Positions 1 to 9,627 of a DNA stretch of 27,076 nucleotides are shown here, one piece after another (the stretch's first letter is position 1; each line of letters starts with the position of its first letter). This DNA is from a bacterium (GTDB lineage Bacteria > Hydrothermota > 32-111). The notes below the pieces were generated by a model. The model saw only the letters and a program-made list of their open reading frames with translations, was not told where the DNA came from and searched no databases. Made by a program: the position numbers and the translations under genes. Location: NCBI GenBank assembly GCA_046484245.1, contig JAWOBN010000056.1, positions 1 through 27,076 of the forward strand. The letters are read 5' to 3'.

Positions 1-1
1 T

Positions 2-961
2 TTAGATTCTACATTGCAATCACAAGAGAGGGTAAAGGTATATGTAAATTCAGCAACAGGTAAGGATTTGGATAAAGTAAAACTATATTTATTTAATAAA
101 GGTGAAAAGCATGTTTTTGATAATGCACATTTGTTAAAGAAAATAATATATGGCGGACTACCAAATGAATCCGAATTCCCAACTTATATTAACGAAGATG
201 GAAATGCCAATAAGGGTTCATACGATAGAACAGGCATTGCACCACAATCCACAGCTCTTTGCGGATTAGATACGATATATTTTATTGGATTTAATACAAA
301 GAAAAAATTGATAGGACAAGAGAGTGCTTTATTAAACAAGCATGCAAAATACAAAGATGGATTAAAGGAATTAGTAACTAAAGCGCATGGTATAAATAAT
401 GATAGTTTTATTAGTGAAAATAGAAAAGTCACTCTTGATAACTTTGCTCCTTATATTAGTGATATAGCAATAGAGCAAAACTTTGAGCAAAAATATGGAG
501 CAGGATATTATACAACAGAAACAAGTGTAGGAGATGTAGTAATAGAAATGGATGATGGCGTTGATCCTGAGGGTGTATTTAAGATTGAGATAAATTTCAG
601 TGAGGAAATGGATATTACGAAAAAGCCTGATGTATATGTAAGTAATGGAACAGAGAATTGTAAAGAATCAAATGGATTATGGAAAAATAATAGACAATAT
701 GAATCCACATTTTCATCAATAGATATTGGAGGAGAGGAATTCATTCTTGAGGTAAGCAATGCTTATGATATGGGTAATAATCCAATAGATATAGATCCGA
801 GAACAATAGCATATAGAAATGAGAGGGGATCTTGGAATGAGCATGAAACAGGAACAGATAATAATTTTGTATTTAAGATAAAGGGATATCCCCCGATTAT
901 TCAGGGGATTGTAGTAAGGGTAGATGACCATGTATATTATACAGATGAGTGGCATTATTAA
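2..961 (+). CDS. Partial (5'-truncated by window edge) hypothetical protein with probable bacterial Ig-like domain
   Basis: Frame open from base 2 to TAA at 959-961. Beta-rich segment 'IEINFSEEMD...LEVSNAYDMGNN' resembles Ig-like domains. GC is visibly lower (~30%) than downstream. Confidence 0.6.
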   Translation, partial: LDSTLQSQERVKVYVNSATGKDLDKVKLYLFNKGEKHVFDNAHLLKKIIYGGLPNESEFPTYINEDGNANKGSYDRTGIAPQSTALCGLDTIYFIGFNTKKKLIGQESALLNKHAKYKDGLKELVTKAHGINNDSFISENRKVTLDNFAPYISDIAIEQNFEQKYGAGYYTTETSVGDVVIEMDDGVDPEGVFKIEINFSEEMDITKKPDVYVSNGTENCKESNGLWKNNRQYESTFSSIDIGGEEFILEVSNAYDMGNNPIDIDPRTIAYRNERGSWNEHETGTDNNFVFKIKGYPPIIQGIVVRVDDHVYYTDEWHY

Positions 962-1015
962 GCTCTATTCTCATATCAATTATGAACACATTTATTTTGA
1001 AAATCAAGGATTCTC

Positions 1016-1043
1016 TTGACAAGTATAAAGGGTATTATATAAT
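1016..1043 (+). promoter_or_regulatory. Sigma70-type promoter, near-leaderless
   Basis: TTGACA (1016-1021), 16 bp, TATAAT (1038-1043). ATG at 1052 with no SD. Confidence 0.8.
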
Positions 1044-1051
1044 ATCAATCT

Positions 1052-1711
1052 ATGAAAAATTACTACAAGATACTCGGTGTTTCCGAGGATGCCACAAAGG
1101 CGCAGATAAAGAAATCCTACATACTCCTTGCAAAGAAGTATCATCCCGACAAGCTTACTGAAGAGGAGAAGGACAATGATGTTTTTGCCGATATTTCCGA
1201 GGCATATGCAGTGCTTTCCAATGAAGACAAGAGGGCTGAATATGATAAAAAGCTGAAGGAATTCAAGCAGGGCGTTAATGTAGAGGAGAAGAAGAGAGAG
1301 GAAAAATATCAGAAATTATTCCGCAAGATCAAAAGAAGGATAAAGGAAGAGAGATATTCCCAGGCACTTGAATACCTTGAGAAGATAATAGATTATTATG
1401 AGTATGCGGGCAAGCAGCCGACACCTGAGATTAAATCCTTTTACGGGCTTTCACTTGTAATGACAGGCAGTGATAAGAATAAGGGAATGAATCTACTTGA
1501 TCAGGCTGTAACAGAGACAATGTTCAATGATGCTGATATACTCATCAATATGGCACAGGGATATTATGAGAAGAATGAAAAGAGCAAAGCGAGGGATATG
1601 CTGAAGAAATCCCTCAAGATAAGCCCCAAGAACAGGAGGGCTGCCAGGGTGAAGATGAAGTATGATCCCAGAAAGAAGAGCCTGCTTGACATTATACTAA
1701 GGAGAGGGTAA
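1052..1711 (+). CDS. DnaJ (J-domain) protein with C-terminal TPR-like helices
   Basis: N-terminal 'NYYKILGV...IKKSY..LAKKYHPDK...ISEAYAVLS' with HPD motif. C-terminal TPR-like 'AQGYYEKNEKSKARDMLKKSLKISPKN'. No zinc finger. Confidence 0.9.
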   Translation: MKNYYKILGVSEDATKAQIKKSYILLAKKYHPDKLTEEEKDNDVFADISEAYAVLSNEDKRAEYDKKLKEFKQGVNVEEKKREEKYQKLFRKIKRRIKEERYSQALEYLEKIIDYYEYAGKQPTPEIKSFYGLSLVMTGSDKNKGMNLLDQAVTETMFNDADILINMAQGYYEKNEKSKARDMLKKSLKISPKNRRAARVKMKYDPRKKSLLDIILRRG

Positions 1712-2073
1712 TGGATATTGATAAATTACTGAGGGAATCCGCGCAGAAGATTGACGGATGTGAAGCAGTATCACTTGTCGGAACAGACGGTATTGCACTG
1801 GCGACCCATACAAGGGACAGTGACGCTGACCTTACACTGGCAGATGCGCAGCTCGCCACACTTTCAACAACAGCTGAGAATATTTCAAAGGATATTGGTG
1901 CAGGGGAGATATACGAGATAATACTCGTTACTGAGAAGATGATAATCGTAGTAGGTTTCATAGGAGAGGATTTCTATATCTACTATGCATTGTCAGGTGA
2001 AAAGAAGAATGCCGGTCTTGCCAGATACGAGATCAAGCGGCTTGCATCCGAGCTGAGGGGATTTCTTTATTAG
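1711..2073 (+). CDS. Roadblock/LC7 (MglB-like) domain protein
   Basis: 120 aa with 'GCEAVSLVGTDGIALA' and C-terminal 'NAGLARYEIKRLASEL'. TAATG stop/start overlap with upstream gene; SD GGAG. Confidence 0.8.
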   Translation: MDIDKLLRESAQKIDGCEAVSLVGTDGIALATHTRDSDADLTLADAQLATLSTTAENISKDIGAGEIYEIILVTEKMIIVVGFIGEDFYIYYALSGEKKNAGLARYEIKRLASELRGFLY

Positions 2074-2079
2074 AGAAGG

Positions 2080-3417
2080 ATGATTAATCCTTTTACATAT
2101 TTCTTTTTGTCTTTTGTATCAGGTATTTTATGCAGTAATTTCCGCAATGCTGCACTGTTTTTGGTTTTTCTCCTCTTTGCCTGTCTTTTCACTCGCAGGA
2201 GAGTGTTTTCCGCTTCACTTGTCATTGTATTTTCAGCAGGCATAATCCTCGGCTCAATATCAAACAAACCGCAGCTGAATGAGGGTTATTATTCAATGAG
2301 CCCTGTTGTGAGAAAGAGTTTCAGCTATGGTTATATTGCCCGGTACAATAAGATGAATCTTTACCTTAATTCCGACAAGACATTCTTTGAGGGGGACCGT
2401 ATAGATGGTGTATTCTCAGTAAAGCCCATTGTCTCACCGGATGGATTCAATGAGTATCTCATAAGCCACAATATTCTGTATAATGCCCGTATTGTTCAAC
2501 TGAGAGGTGTCAGTCCGGGCAGCGGCATTGAGAGAATCAGAATGAATCTGGTGAATAAAAACAGGTCTCTCTACAGGACTGAAACAGCGGGATTTGTCAA
2601 TTCCATACTATTGGGTTACAAGAGGGATCTGGACAGGATGCTCAAGGAGTCATTCAGGCACAGCGGTGTGCTGCATTTCCTAGCAATAAGCGGTCTTCAT
2701 ACAGGCATTATCTACTCACTTGTACTGCTATTCCTGTTCCCCATACCAGTGAGCAGATACATAAAGATCATTGCAGGATGTCTTATTATGGTATTCTACG
2801 CTTTTCTCACATACGGCAATCCGCCTGTTATAAGGGCAGTGATGTTTATTGTATTTGCAAATACAGGATTTATGATAAAGAGGCGGTTTGACAAATACGC
2901 TGTATTCTTCATTGCTGCAATGATTCTGCTTTTTATCAATCCGAATTATATAGGTGATGCGGGTTTTCAATTATCATTCATTGCAGTATATGCCATATTG
3001 AAGTATATTGATGCAGGGTGGATACAGAGAGGGCCTGCAGGCATATTCATACTATCAGCTGTTATACTGATATTCACATTTCCTGTTGTATCCCATCATT
3101 TCGGGTATTTCTCACTGCTCTCCCCTCTTGTCACCCTCATCCTCATTATTCCCTTCACTCTGACTGTTGTACTGGGTGCTGTTTCAATGATACCGCTCTT
3201 CTCATTCCTCCATCATGCAGTTGAAGGCCTGTACTCCATTATGGCTGATATTGTCAATCTGTCATCCAATATTCCCCTCTTCTTCAGGATTGAAACAAGC
3301 GGTGTATTCGCACTGCTCACAGTACTGTATCTGGGTATAATATTTGAGAGACAGTACAGGACAGGTTTATTGGCAGCAGTATTTACCCTGTTTTATGCTG
3401 CAGTTATTACTTTTTGA
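2080..3417 (+). CDS. comEC: ComEC/Rec2 family competence protein (core domain, no C-terminal MBL domain)
   Basis: 'FRHSGVLHFLAISGLHTG', 'PPVIRAVM', 'GFQLSFIAV' motifs and multiple TM segments. Confidence 0.88.
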   Translation: MINPFTYFFLSFVSGILCSNFRNAALFLVFLLFACLFTRRRVFSASLVIVFSAGIILGSISNKPQLNEGYYSMSPVVRKSFSYGYIARYNKMNLYLNSDKTFFEGDRIDGVFSVKPIVSPDGFNEYLISHNILYNARIVQLRGVSPGSGIERIRMNLVNKNRSLYRTETAGFVNSILLGYKRDLDRMLKESFRHSGVLHFLAISGLHTGIIYSLVLLFLFPIPVSRYIKIIAGCLIMVFYAFLTYGNPPVIRAVMFIVFANTGFMIKRRFDKYAVFFIAAMILLFINPNYIGDAGFQLSFIAVYAILKYIDAGWIQRGPAGIFILSAVILIFTFPVVSHHFGYFSLLSPLVTLILIIPFTLTVVLGAVSMIPLFSFLHHAVEGLYSIMADIVNLSSNIPLFFRIETSGVFALLTVLYLGIIFERQYRTGLLAAVFTLFYAAVITF

Positions 3418-3691
3418 ATCCGATATTGGGTCTGTCCTTGTCTGATATCTTTATTTCCCCGTGTTCATTCTCATACTGCTTTATGGTATTCTCCAGTGAT
3501 TTCATAAACCGTTTTGCATGCGACGGGGTCATGATAATGCGCGAATGAACATTCGCCTCCTTGAGTCCGGGTAGTATCTTTGCAAAATCTATTATGAATT
3601 CAGAGTGTGAATGAGCAGTCAGCACAATATTGGCATATTTGCCTTCAGCAGTTTCCTTGTTTATCTCAATTTTCAGATTGTTCTTTTCCAT
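3407..3691 (-). CDS. DUF3467 family protein
   Basis: 'AEGKYANIV...HSHSEFIIDF...PG..ANVHSRIIMTPSHAKR...L..IKQYE..HGEI'. SD AAGGAG upstream on the minus strand. Confidence 0.85.
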   Translation of the reverse strand: MEKNNLKIEINKETAEGKYANIVLTAHSHSEFIIDFAKILPGLKEANVHSRIIMTPSHAKRFMKSLENTIKQYENEHGEIKISDKDRPNIGFKK

Positions 3692-3706
3692 TGTTACTCC
3701 TTAACA

Positions 3707-3734
3707 TTGACTGTTGTTTGATTATATATATAAT
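3707..3734 (+). promoter_or_regulatory. Sigma70-type promoter, leaderless
   Basis: TTGACT (3707-3712), 16 bp, TATAAT (3729-3734), 6 nt, ATG at 3741. Confidence 0.7.
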
Positions 3735-3740
3735 ACACTT

Positions 3741-5570
3741 ATGAAATATAAAATTGCCTTATTCATATTAATTATAATTATTTTACTGCCTTTCTCAAGC
3801 AGAAAAATAAATTATGACGGGCATCTCTTCAATAAGGGTGCTGAAATGATTGCCGGGGCAGAAGGAAACATCATGGACAGGGAAATGAGTTTTCTCGGCA
3901 GAACGGTTACTGTGCGTCAGGGCACGCATTCAATGTTTGCATCATATTACTATTTAATTTTAAGGCATTTTCTTAAAAGCGACAGGAATGTTCATATATT
4001 CAATTATCTCCTATTTGCATCACTGGTATTCCCTCTTGGTTTCTTATTTGCAAGATTCGGAAGATATGCTCTGTCAATGACAGTGCTGGCAATGACATCC
4101 CCCCTTATTATACTCAATGCAAATAATTTCATGATTGATATGCCCGGATTTGTATTGTTCATATGGGCGCTTTTTATGTATCTGAGATACAGGAACAGTT
4201 ATCTGCAGTATATATCAATTCTTCTCGGTATTGCAGGTTTTATGCTGTCGTATTTCTACGGGTTTTTCCTCATTATAGTCTTGCTTGATTACCGGTCACG
4301 CAGGAGAGAGAGGGCAGACGGGTATTTTGCTCTTGTCTCGGTAATCGCCTTTTCTGCAGCCATACTTTCCCTCAGGTTTCTCAATGCAGGCCCCTCGCTA
4401 TTCCAGGCACTCAGATGGACAGGCAGTGAGACACTGTTCAATTTCCATAAACTGCCCCATAAATCCATTGCTTTTCTTATTATTACAGGTATAACCGGTC
4501 TGCCGCTGCTTATAAAGAAAGATACATATAAAAGTCCGCTCTTCTATCTGTGTGTCCTGCTCTCATTACTGCTTATTACACTGATAAACGATTATCCGCC
4601 TGCATCACTGATTATCTATATCATTTTTGCGTCAGGAGGTCTCTATACATTGCTTTCATTACTCCAGACAGAATTACATGACAGGGCAGTATTACTCTGG
4701 TTTGCCGTGTATTCGCTTATTGTCATTATATTTTTCCCCATGGTGGTTTCCCGCTTCATGGCAATTGCAGTCATATTCATGCTGATTATCATATCGCGGT
4801 CATTGAACCGCAGGATTATAATGACATGCATAATTGTCAATATTGCATTCTCACTCCTATTCCTCTATTCTGATACAGTCCAGACCAATCAGTACTATCA
4901 ACTCAAAATAGAGGATAATGCGGATGTGTTCTTCACAGGAGAATGGGCATTCAGGAATAATATAGAGAGACAAGGCGGCACAATGCTCCTTATTGAAGAC
5001 AGTATTCTGCCTGATTCATCTATTCTCTACATTCCCTACGGGTGTTCGTCACAGCCTCTGAGTGAATTGCTTGTACCTCATTTGAAGCATGTAAGGACTG
5101 ATTCCTTCATGCCATTTCACCTTCAGGTATATTCACCCGGTTACAGGGTAGGGTATTACACCAATGAGCCGGGGGTATTGCCCCTGGGGTTCTCCAATGA
5201 GTATTCAGTGAAATGGTCAAAGTATCTCTATTCCCGTGACCTGAACAGGCATTATTCTGCATTTGACAGACAGCCCGTTATATGGACATATCATCCTGTT
5301 GTGCCTGTTGAATTACCATTTGAGAAGACATTCGGCAGTATGAACAACCCGCAAGTCCGTATTGAATACTTCCCCGGAAGAGAGGTTCTCAAATCAGACG
5401 GTGTCAGCATTACTGTAATGAATGGAGATGAGGTGCTGGTGAGTGACACTCTGAAACCCGTGGACAGCTATTTCACTGTTGATTTTCAGGGGAGATATGA
5501 TAATATCCATGTGATTATTGACACACTGGAATCATTCAATTATGACTGGATAGGTATTTATGTTGAATAA
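3741..5570 (+). CDS. Polytopic membrane protein, probable GT-C (ArnT/PMT-like) glycosyltransferase with soluble C-terminal domain
   Basis: About 11-13 hydrophobic segments, acidic first loop 'YDGHLF', 'MIDMPG' motif and a hydrophilic C-terminal ~200 aa. Start moved from the TTG at 3714 (inside the promoter) to ATG 3741. Confidence 0.55.
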   Translation: MKYKIALFILIIIILLPFSSRKINYDGHLFNKGAEMIAGAEGNIMDREMSFLGRTVTVRQGTHSMFASYYYLILRHFLKSDRNVHIFNYLLFASLVFPLGFLFARFGRYALSMTVLAMTSPLIILNANNFMIDMPGFVLFIWALFMYLRYRNSYLQYISILLGIAGFMLSYFYGFFLIIVLLDYRSRRRERADGYFALVSVIAFSAAILSLRFLNAGPSLFQALRWTGSETLFNFHKLPHKSIAFLIITGITGLPLLIKKDTYKSPLFYLCVLLSLLLITLINDYPPASLIIYIIFASGGLYTLLSLLQTELHDRAVLLWFAVYSLIVIIFFPMVVSRFMAIAVIFMLIIISRSLNRRIIMTCIIVNIAFSLLFLYSDTVQTNQYYQLKIEDNADVFFTGEWAFRNNIERQGGTMLLIEDSILPDSSILYIPYGCSSQPLSELLVPHLKHVRTDSFMPFHLQVYSPGYRVGYYTNEPGVLPLGFSNEYSVKWSKYLYSRDLNRHYSAFDRQPVIWTYHPVVPVELPFEKTFGSMNNPQVRIEYFPGREVLKSDGVSITVMNGDEVLVSDTLKPVDSYFTVDFQGRYDNIHVIIDTLESFNYDWIGIYVE

Positions 5571-6630
5571 TATACATCTCATTGTGGGGGCACGCCCCAA
5601 TTTTGTCAAATGCGCTGTACTGTATGCAAAACTCAAGGAGTCCGGTTTCAAGGTCAAACTCATTCATACAGGCCAGCATTATTCAAAGAATATGTCCGAT
5701 ATATTCTTCAATGATCTGGATATTCCCCGTGAGGACATCAATCTCAATGTCGGCTCATCAACACATGCAGAGCAGACAGGCAGGATAATGATAGAGTATG
5801 AGAAGATACTCTTTGATGACAGACCGGATCTTATAATGGTCTTCGGGGATGTCAATTCCACTATTGCAACAGTGCTTGCAGGAGCAAAGCTCCATGTGAA
5901 AACAGCGCATATTGAAGCAGGCCTGAGAAGCAATGACAGGACAATGCCTGAAGAGATTAACAGAATAGCTACAGATGTTATATGCGATTATCTCTTTGCG
6001 CCCAGTATTGACGGTGTTGAGAATCTGAGGGACCAGGGTATACCCGATGAGAGGATATTCCTCGTGGGCAATATAATGATTGATACATTAACAGCTCATA
6101 TGGACAAGATAGCAGGTATCAATATAGAGGATACATATGATGTGAAGAAGGGGGAATATGTGTTCCTCACATTACACAGGCCGTCCAATGTTGATAATAA
6201 AGACCGGCTTAATGATATTGTCTGCTTCCTCAACAGTATTGCTGCCGGAAGACCCATTGTTTTCCCGGCACATCCCAGGACAGTGAAGAATCTGGAGAGA
6301 TTCGGATTGAAGGAAGAACTTTCGGACAATATACGCATGATTGAGCCTATTTCATATCTGAGCAGTATTGCCATGATAAGGTCTGCAGGAGCGGTTATAA
6401 CTGATTCAGGGGGCATACAGGAGGAGACGACATTTCTCGGAGTGCCCTGCTTTACACTGAGAAGGAATACGGAGAGACCTGTTACAGTAGAGGAGGGGAC
6501 AAATATGCTGATAGAGCCCGAAAAGAAACATATTGATGCTATAATCAGCAGCAGGCCGAAACAGTGCAGTATAAAATACTGGGACGGTAATACTTCCGAG
6601 AGGATAATCAGTATAATCAAGGAATTGTAA
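5560..6630 (+). CDS. wecB: UDP-N-acetylglucosamine 2-epimerase family, non-hydrolysing (WecB/WbpI-like)
   Basis: 'GARPNFVK', 'HTGQHY', 'GDVNST', 'HIEAGLRS', 'MPEEINR', 'TLHRPSNVD', 'TDSGGIQEE'. Confidence 0.92.
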   Translation: MLNNIHLIVGARPNFVKCAVLYAKLKESGFKVKLIHTGQHYSKNMSDIFFNDLDIPREDINLNVGSSTHAEQTGRIMIEYEKILFDDRPDLIMVFGDVNSTIATVLAGAKLHVKTAHIEAGLRSNDRTMPEEINRIATDVICDYLFAPSIDGVENLRDQGIPDERIFLVGNIMIDTLTAHMDKIAGINIEDTYDVKKGEYVFLTLHRPSNVDNKDRLNDIVCFLNSIAAGRPIVFPAHPRTVKNLERFGLKEELSDNIRMIEPISYLSSIAMIRSAGAVITDSGGIQEETTFLGVPCFTLRRNTERPVTVEEGTNMLIEPEKKHIDAIISSRPKQCSIKYWDGNTSERIISIIKEL

Positions 6631-6665
6631 AAAGGAATTATTCTCGGCAGAATGCTTATTATCAC

Positions 6666-6693
6666 TTGAAAAACTCTCCTTTTTTGATAAAAT
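6666..6693 (+). promoter_or_regulatory. Sigma70-type promoter, near-leaderless
   Basis: TTGAAA (6666-6671), 16 bp, TAAAAT (6688-6693). ATG at 6702 with no SD. Confidence 0.6.
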
Positions 6694-6701
6694 CTAATAA
6701 T

Positions 6702-7349
6702 ATGAAAAATTACGAAAGCAATGCGGAGATAATCTGCTTGACAAACGGACAGATGGATACCAATTCGTATATCATCAGTTCACTGAGAACAGACAGGGCA
6801 ATTGTCATTGACCCTGCTGACGGAAGACGCATTCATGATTATCTTGAATCCGAGAATCTGGAGCCGTACTACATAATAAATACACATGGTCATTATGACC
6901 ATATATCCGGAAACAGATATCTCGTGGAGAAGTACGGTGTGCCTATATGCATATCGCCTCTTGACAGTGATTATCTCACTGATCCGGGTCTCAATATGTC
7001 GCTCTTCTTCTCCGGGGAATACATATCCCCCAAGGCGGATGTGTATCTTGAGGAGAATAAGACGATTCAGCTGGATGATATCCTGCTCAAGGTCATCAGT
7101 ACACCGGGGCACACACCGGGGTCAATAAGCCTCGCACTGAATGACATTGTATTTACAGGAGACCTTATCTTTAAAAACGGTATTGGCAGGACGGACCTGC
7201 CGGGCGGTGATATTGAAGCATTGACAGATTCACTTAAGGATGTATTCATGAAAATAAAGTACGAGAATACGATTTTCCCGGGTCATGGTGAATCAGGGAA
7301 GAAAATTGAGTTTGACAGTGTGCTTCAGCAATTCTTTTATACATATTAA
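6702..7349 (+). CDS. MBL-fold metallo-hydrolase, glyoxalase II-like
   Basis: 'THGHYDH', 'TPGHTPG', 'FTGD', 'GRTDLPGG', 'PGHG'. Start placed at ATG 6702. Confidence 0.9.
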   Translation: MKNYESNAEIICLTNGQMDTNSYIISSLRTDRAIVIDPADGRRIHDYLESENLEPYYIINTHGHYDHISGNRYLVEKYGVPICISPLDSDYLTDPGLNMSLFFSGEYISPKADVYLEENKTIQLDDILLKVISTPGHTPGSISLALNDIVFTGDLIFKNGIGRTDLPGGDIEALTDSLKDVFMKIKYENTIFPGHGESGKKIEFDSVLQQFFYTY

Positions 7350-7358
7350 GGAGAGAGC

Positions 7359-8732
7359 ATGAAATTAACCTTTTTCGGAGCAACGAGAAATGTGACAGGG
7401 TCAATGTTTCTTATTGAGCACAATGGACTCAATATACTTGTTGAATGCGGTCTCTATCAGGGGCATAGGCAGGAGAGCGAGGAGCTTAACCGGAAGTTTC
7501 CGTTTAACCCTTCTGACATAGACATGGTTTTCATATCCCATGCACATATAGACCACAGCGGCAATCTGCCCAATCTTGTCAAAAACGGATTCAAGGGCAA
7601 GATATACGCAACACCTGCAACCTGCGATCTGATGGATTTAATGCTCAAGGACAGTGGTCATATACATGAAATGGATATCAAGTATCTCAACAAGAAGCTG
7701 GTCAAAAGGGGTGAAGAACCCAAGGAACCGCTCTACACTGTTGAGGATGCAGAGAAGACAGGCAATTATTTCGCTTCAGTCAATTATTATGTGCCCATTG
7801 AGGTGGACAGTGAAATGAGCGTTACATTCATTGAAGCAGGCCATATACTCGGTTCATCCCAGATACTGTTTGAAATGGGTGATAAGACAATGCTCTTTAC
7901 AGGTGATCTCGGCAGACAGCATCTGCCTATTATAAGGGATCCTGACAGAGTGGATGATATTGACATACTCATAACAGAGACAACATACGGCAACAGACTG
8001 CACAAGAAGATTGAGGACTCAATGGGTGAACTGGAGAAGATAATCAATACAACTGTTGAAAGAGGCGGGAAGATAATTATTCCGGCATTTTCAGTAGGCA
8101 GAACACAGGAGATACTCTATGATATCTTCCAGCTTGAAAACGACAACAAGATTCCCGATATACCCATTTATGTTGACAGTCCGCTCAGTTCAAGGGTGAC
8201 CAAGGTGTTCAGGAATCATCCTGAATGTTATGACAGTGATACCATGGCAATATTCAATGAGAATAAGAATGTATTCAATTTCGGCAAACTCAAATTCATT
8301 ACTGAAGTGGAGGAATCCAAGGCATTGAACAGTGTGGATGAGAGTCATATAATAATATCTGCAAGCGGTATGTGTGAAGCAGGAAGAATACTCCATCATC
8401 TCAAGAACAATATTACAAATCCCGACAATACTGTTATAATAACGGGATTTATGGCAGCCAATACACTGGGCAGAAGAATAATGGAGAAGCACAAACAGGT
8501 CAAGATATTCGGAGAGGAGTATGATCTCAATGCTGAGGTGTATGTAATGAATGAATATTCGGCACATGCAGATAAACTCGGTCTTCTGAAACATCTGAAG
8601 GAAGCTGACCCGGAGAGGACATTCCTGCTGCATGGTGAAGAGACACAGCAGTTCGCTTTCAAGGATACTGTTGAAAAAGACGGGTACAGTAATATAGAAG
8701 TGCCTGAAAGGGGTGATTCATTTGTTGTCTGA
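7359..8732 (+). CDS. MBL/beta-CASP family ribonuclease (CPSF-73/YSH1-like bacterial type)
   Basis: 'SHAHIDHSG', 'AGHILGS', 'FTGDLG', 'ETTYG', 'IPAFSVGRTQ', 'SASGMCEAGRILHHL', 'SAHAD', 'HGE'. SD AAGGAG. Confidence 0.92.
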   Translation: MKLTFFGATRNVTGSMFLIEHNGLNILVECGLYQGHRQESEELNRKFPFNPSDIDMVFISHAHIDHSGNLPNLVKNGFKGKIYATPATCDLMDLMLKDSGHIHEMDIKYLNKKLVKRGEEPKEPLYTVEDAEKTGNYFASVNYYVPIEVDSEMSVTFIEAGHILGSSQILFEMGDKTMLFTGDLGRQHLPIIRDPDRVDDIDILITETTYGNRLHKKIEDSMGELEKIINTTVERGGKIIIPAFSVGRTQEILYDIFQLENDNKIPDIPIYVDSPLSSRVTKVFRNHPECYDSDTMAIFNENKNVFNFGKLKFITEVEESKALNSVDESHIIISASGMCEAGRILHHLKNNITNPDNTVIITGFMAANTLGRRIMEKHKQVKIFGEEYDLNAEVYVMNEYSAHADKLGLLKHLKEADPERTFLLHGEETQQFAFKDTVEKDGYSNIEVPERGDSFVV

Positions 8733-9618
8733 ACGTATAAAGACGGAACTCAAACTGTTCAGGTCATTCCTGATAATGGACAGGAATTGCAGTGAGAATA
8801 CATCGGACAGCTATTTGTCTGATACAGAGCAATTTGCCAGATATATTGCTGCAAAAGACCGGAATATACATAAGATATCAAGCAGTGACATAGACAATTA
8901 TATGGCTGAAATGCGCAGGGAGAATATATCACCGTCATCATGTTCAAGGAAACTGTCTGCAATACGCAATTTCTATATATTCCTCATGACAGAGAATATT
9001 GTGGACATGAATCCTGCAGAGAAAGTGGATCTGCCGAAACTGAAGAGGAAGATACCTGAAATACTCACACAGGATGAGGTATTCAGAATACTTGATTCAA
9101 TAGATGACTCAGACAAGTTTTTAATCAGGGACAGAGCGATAATGGAAACATTATATGCCTGCGGATTGAGGGTTACGGAATTATGCGGTCTTCAGATGGG
9201 CAGTATTGATATGAGGGAACGGTTTGTCCGTGTAAGGGGCAAGGGTATGAAAGAGAGGATAGTGCCTCTGGGCAGTTCTGCTGTATCGGCTATTGAAGAA
9301 TATTTGAGTAAAGCAAGGGGGCTCTTCCCGGACAAGTCAAGTTCATACCTCTTTCTCAATAAGAATGGCAAGGGCTTTTCCAGAATGGGCATTCTGAATA
9401 TTGTCAAGAAGTATGCTGCAGCTGCAGGAATAAAGAAGAAGGTATATCCGCATCTGTTCAGACACTCATTCGCATCCCATCTTCTGGAGGGGGGCGCTGA
9501 TCTGAGGAGTGTCCAGGAGATGCTCGGGCATGCCAGTATCATGACAACAGAGATATACACACATGTGAACAGGGAATATTTATTAAATATTTACGAGAAA
9601 TTTCATCCTCGCCATTAA
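8713..9618 (+). CDS. xerD: Site-specific tyrosine recombinase XerD
   Basis: Intact catalytic set: 'YACGLRVTEL', 'GKGMKERIVP', 'HLFRHSFASHLLEGGADLRSVQEMLGH', 'TTEIYTH', ending 'HPRH'. GTG start overlaps the upstream gene; exact start uncertain. Confidence 0.88.
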   Translation: MIHLLSERIKTELKLFRSFLIMDRNCSENTSDSYLSDTEQFARYIAAKDRNIHKISSSDIDNYMAEMRRENISPSSCSRKLSAIRNFYIFLMTENIVDMNPAEKVDLPKLKRKIPEILTQDEVFRILDSIDDSDKFLIRDRAIMETLYACGLRVTELCGLQMGSIDMRERFVRVRGKGMKERIVPLGSSAVSAIEEYLSKARGLFPDKSSSYLFLNKNGKGFSRMGILNIVKKYAAAAGIKKKVYPHLFRHSFASHLLEGGADLRSVQEMLGHASIMTTEIYTHVNREYLLNIYEKFHPRH

Positions 9619-9627
9619 GGGGGCAAT

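Noticed and set aside
6702..7349. Stand-alone MBL as the split nuclease domain of ComEC
   Set aside because: Motifs fit the glyoxalase II-like family, it has its own promoter, and MBL-less ComEC is common.
8713..9618. Integrase of a prophage, island or integron
   Set aside because: Sequence matches housekeeping XerD, lacks the IntI insertion, is embedded in an operon, and no att or dif site was recognised.
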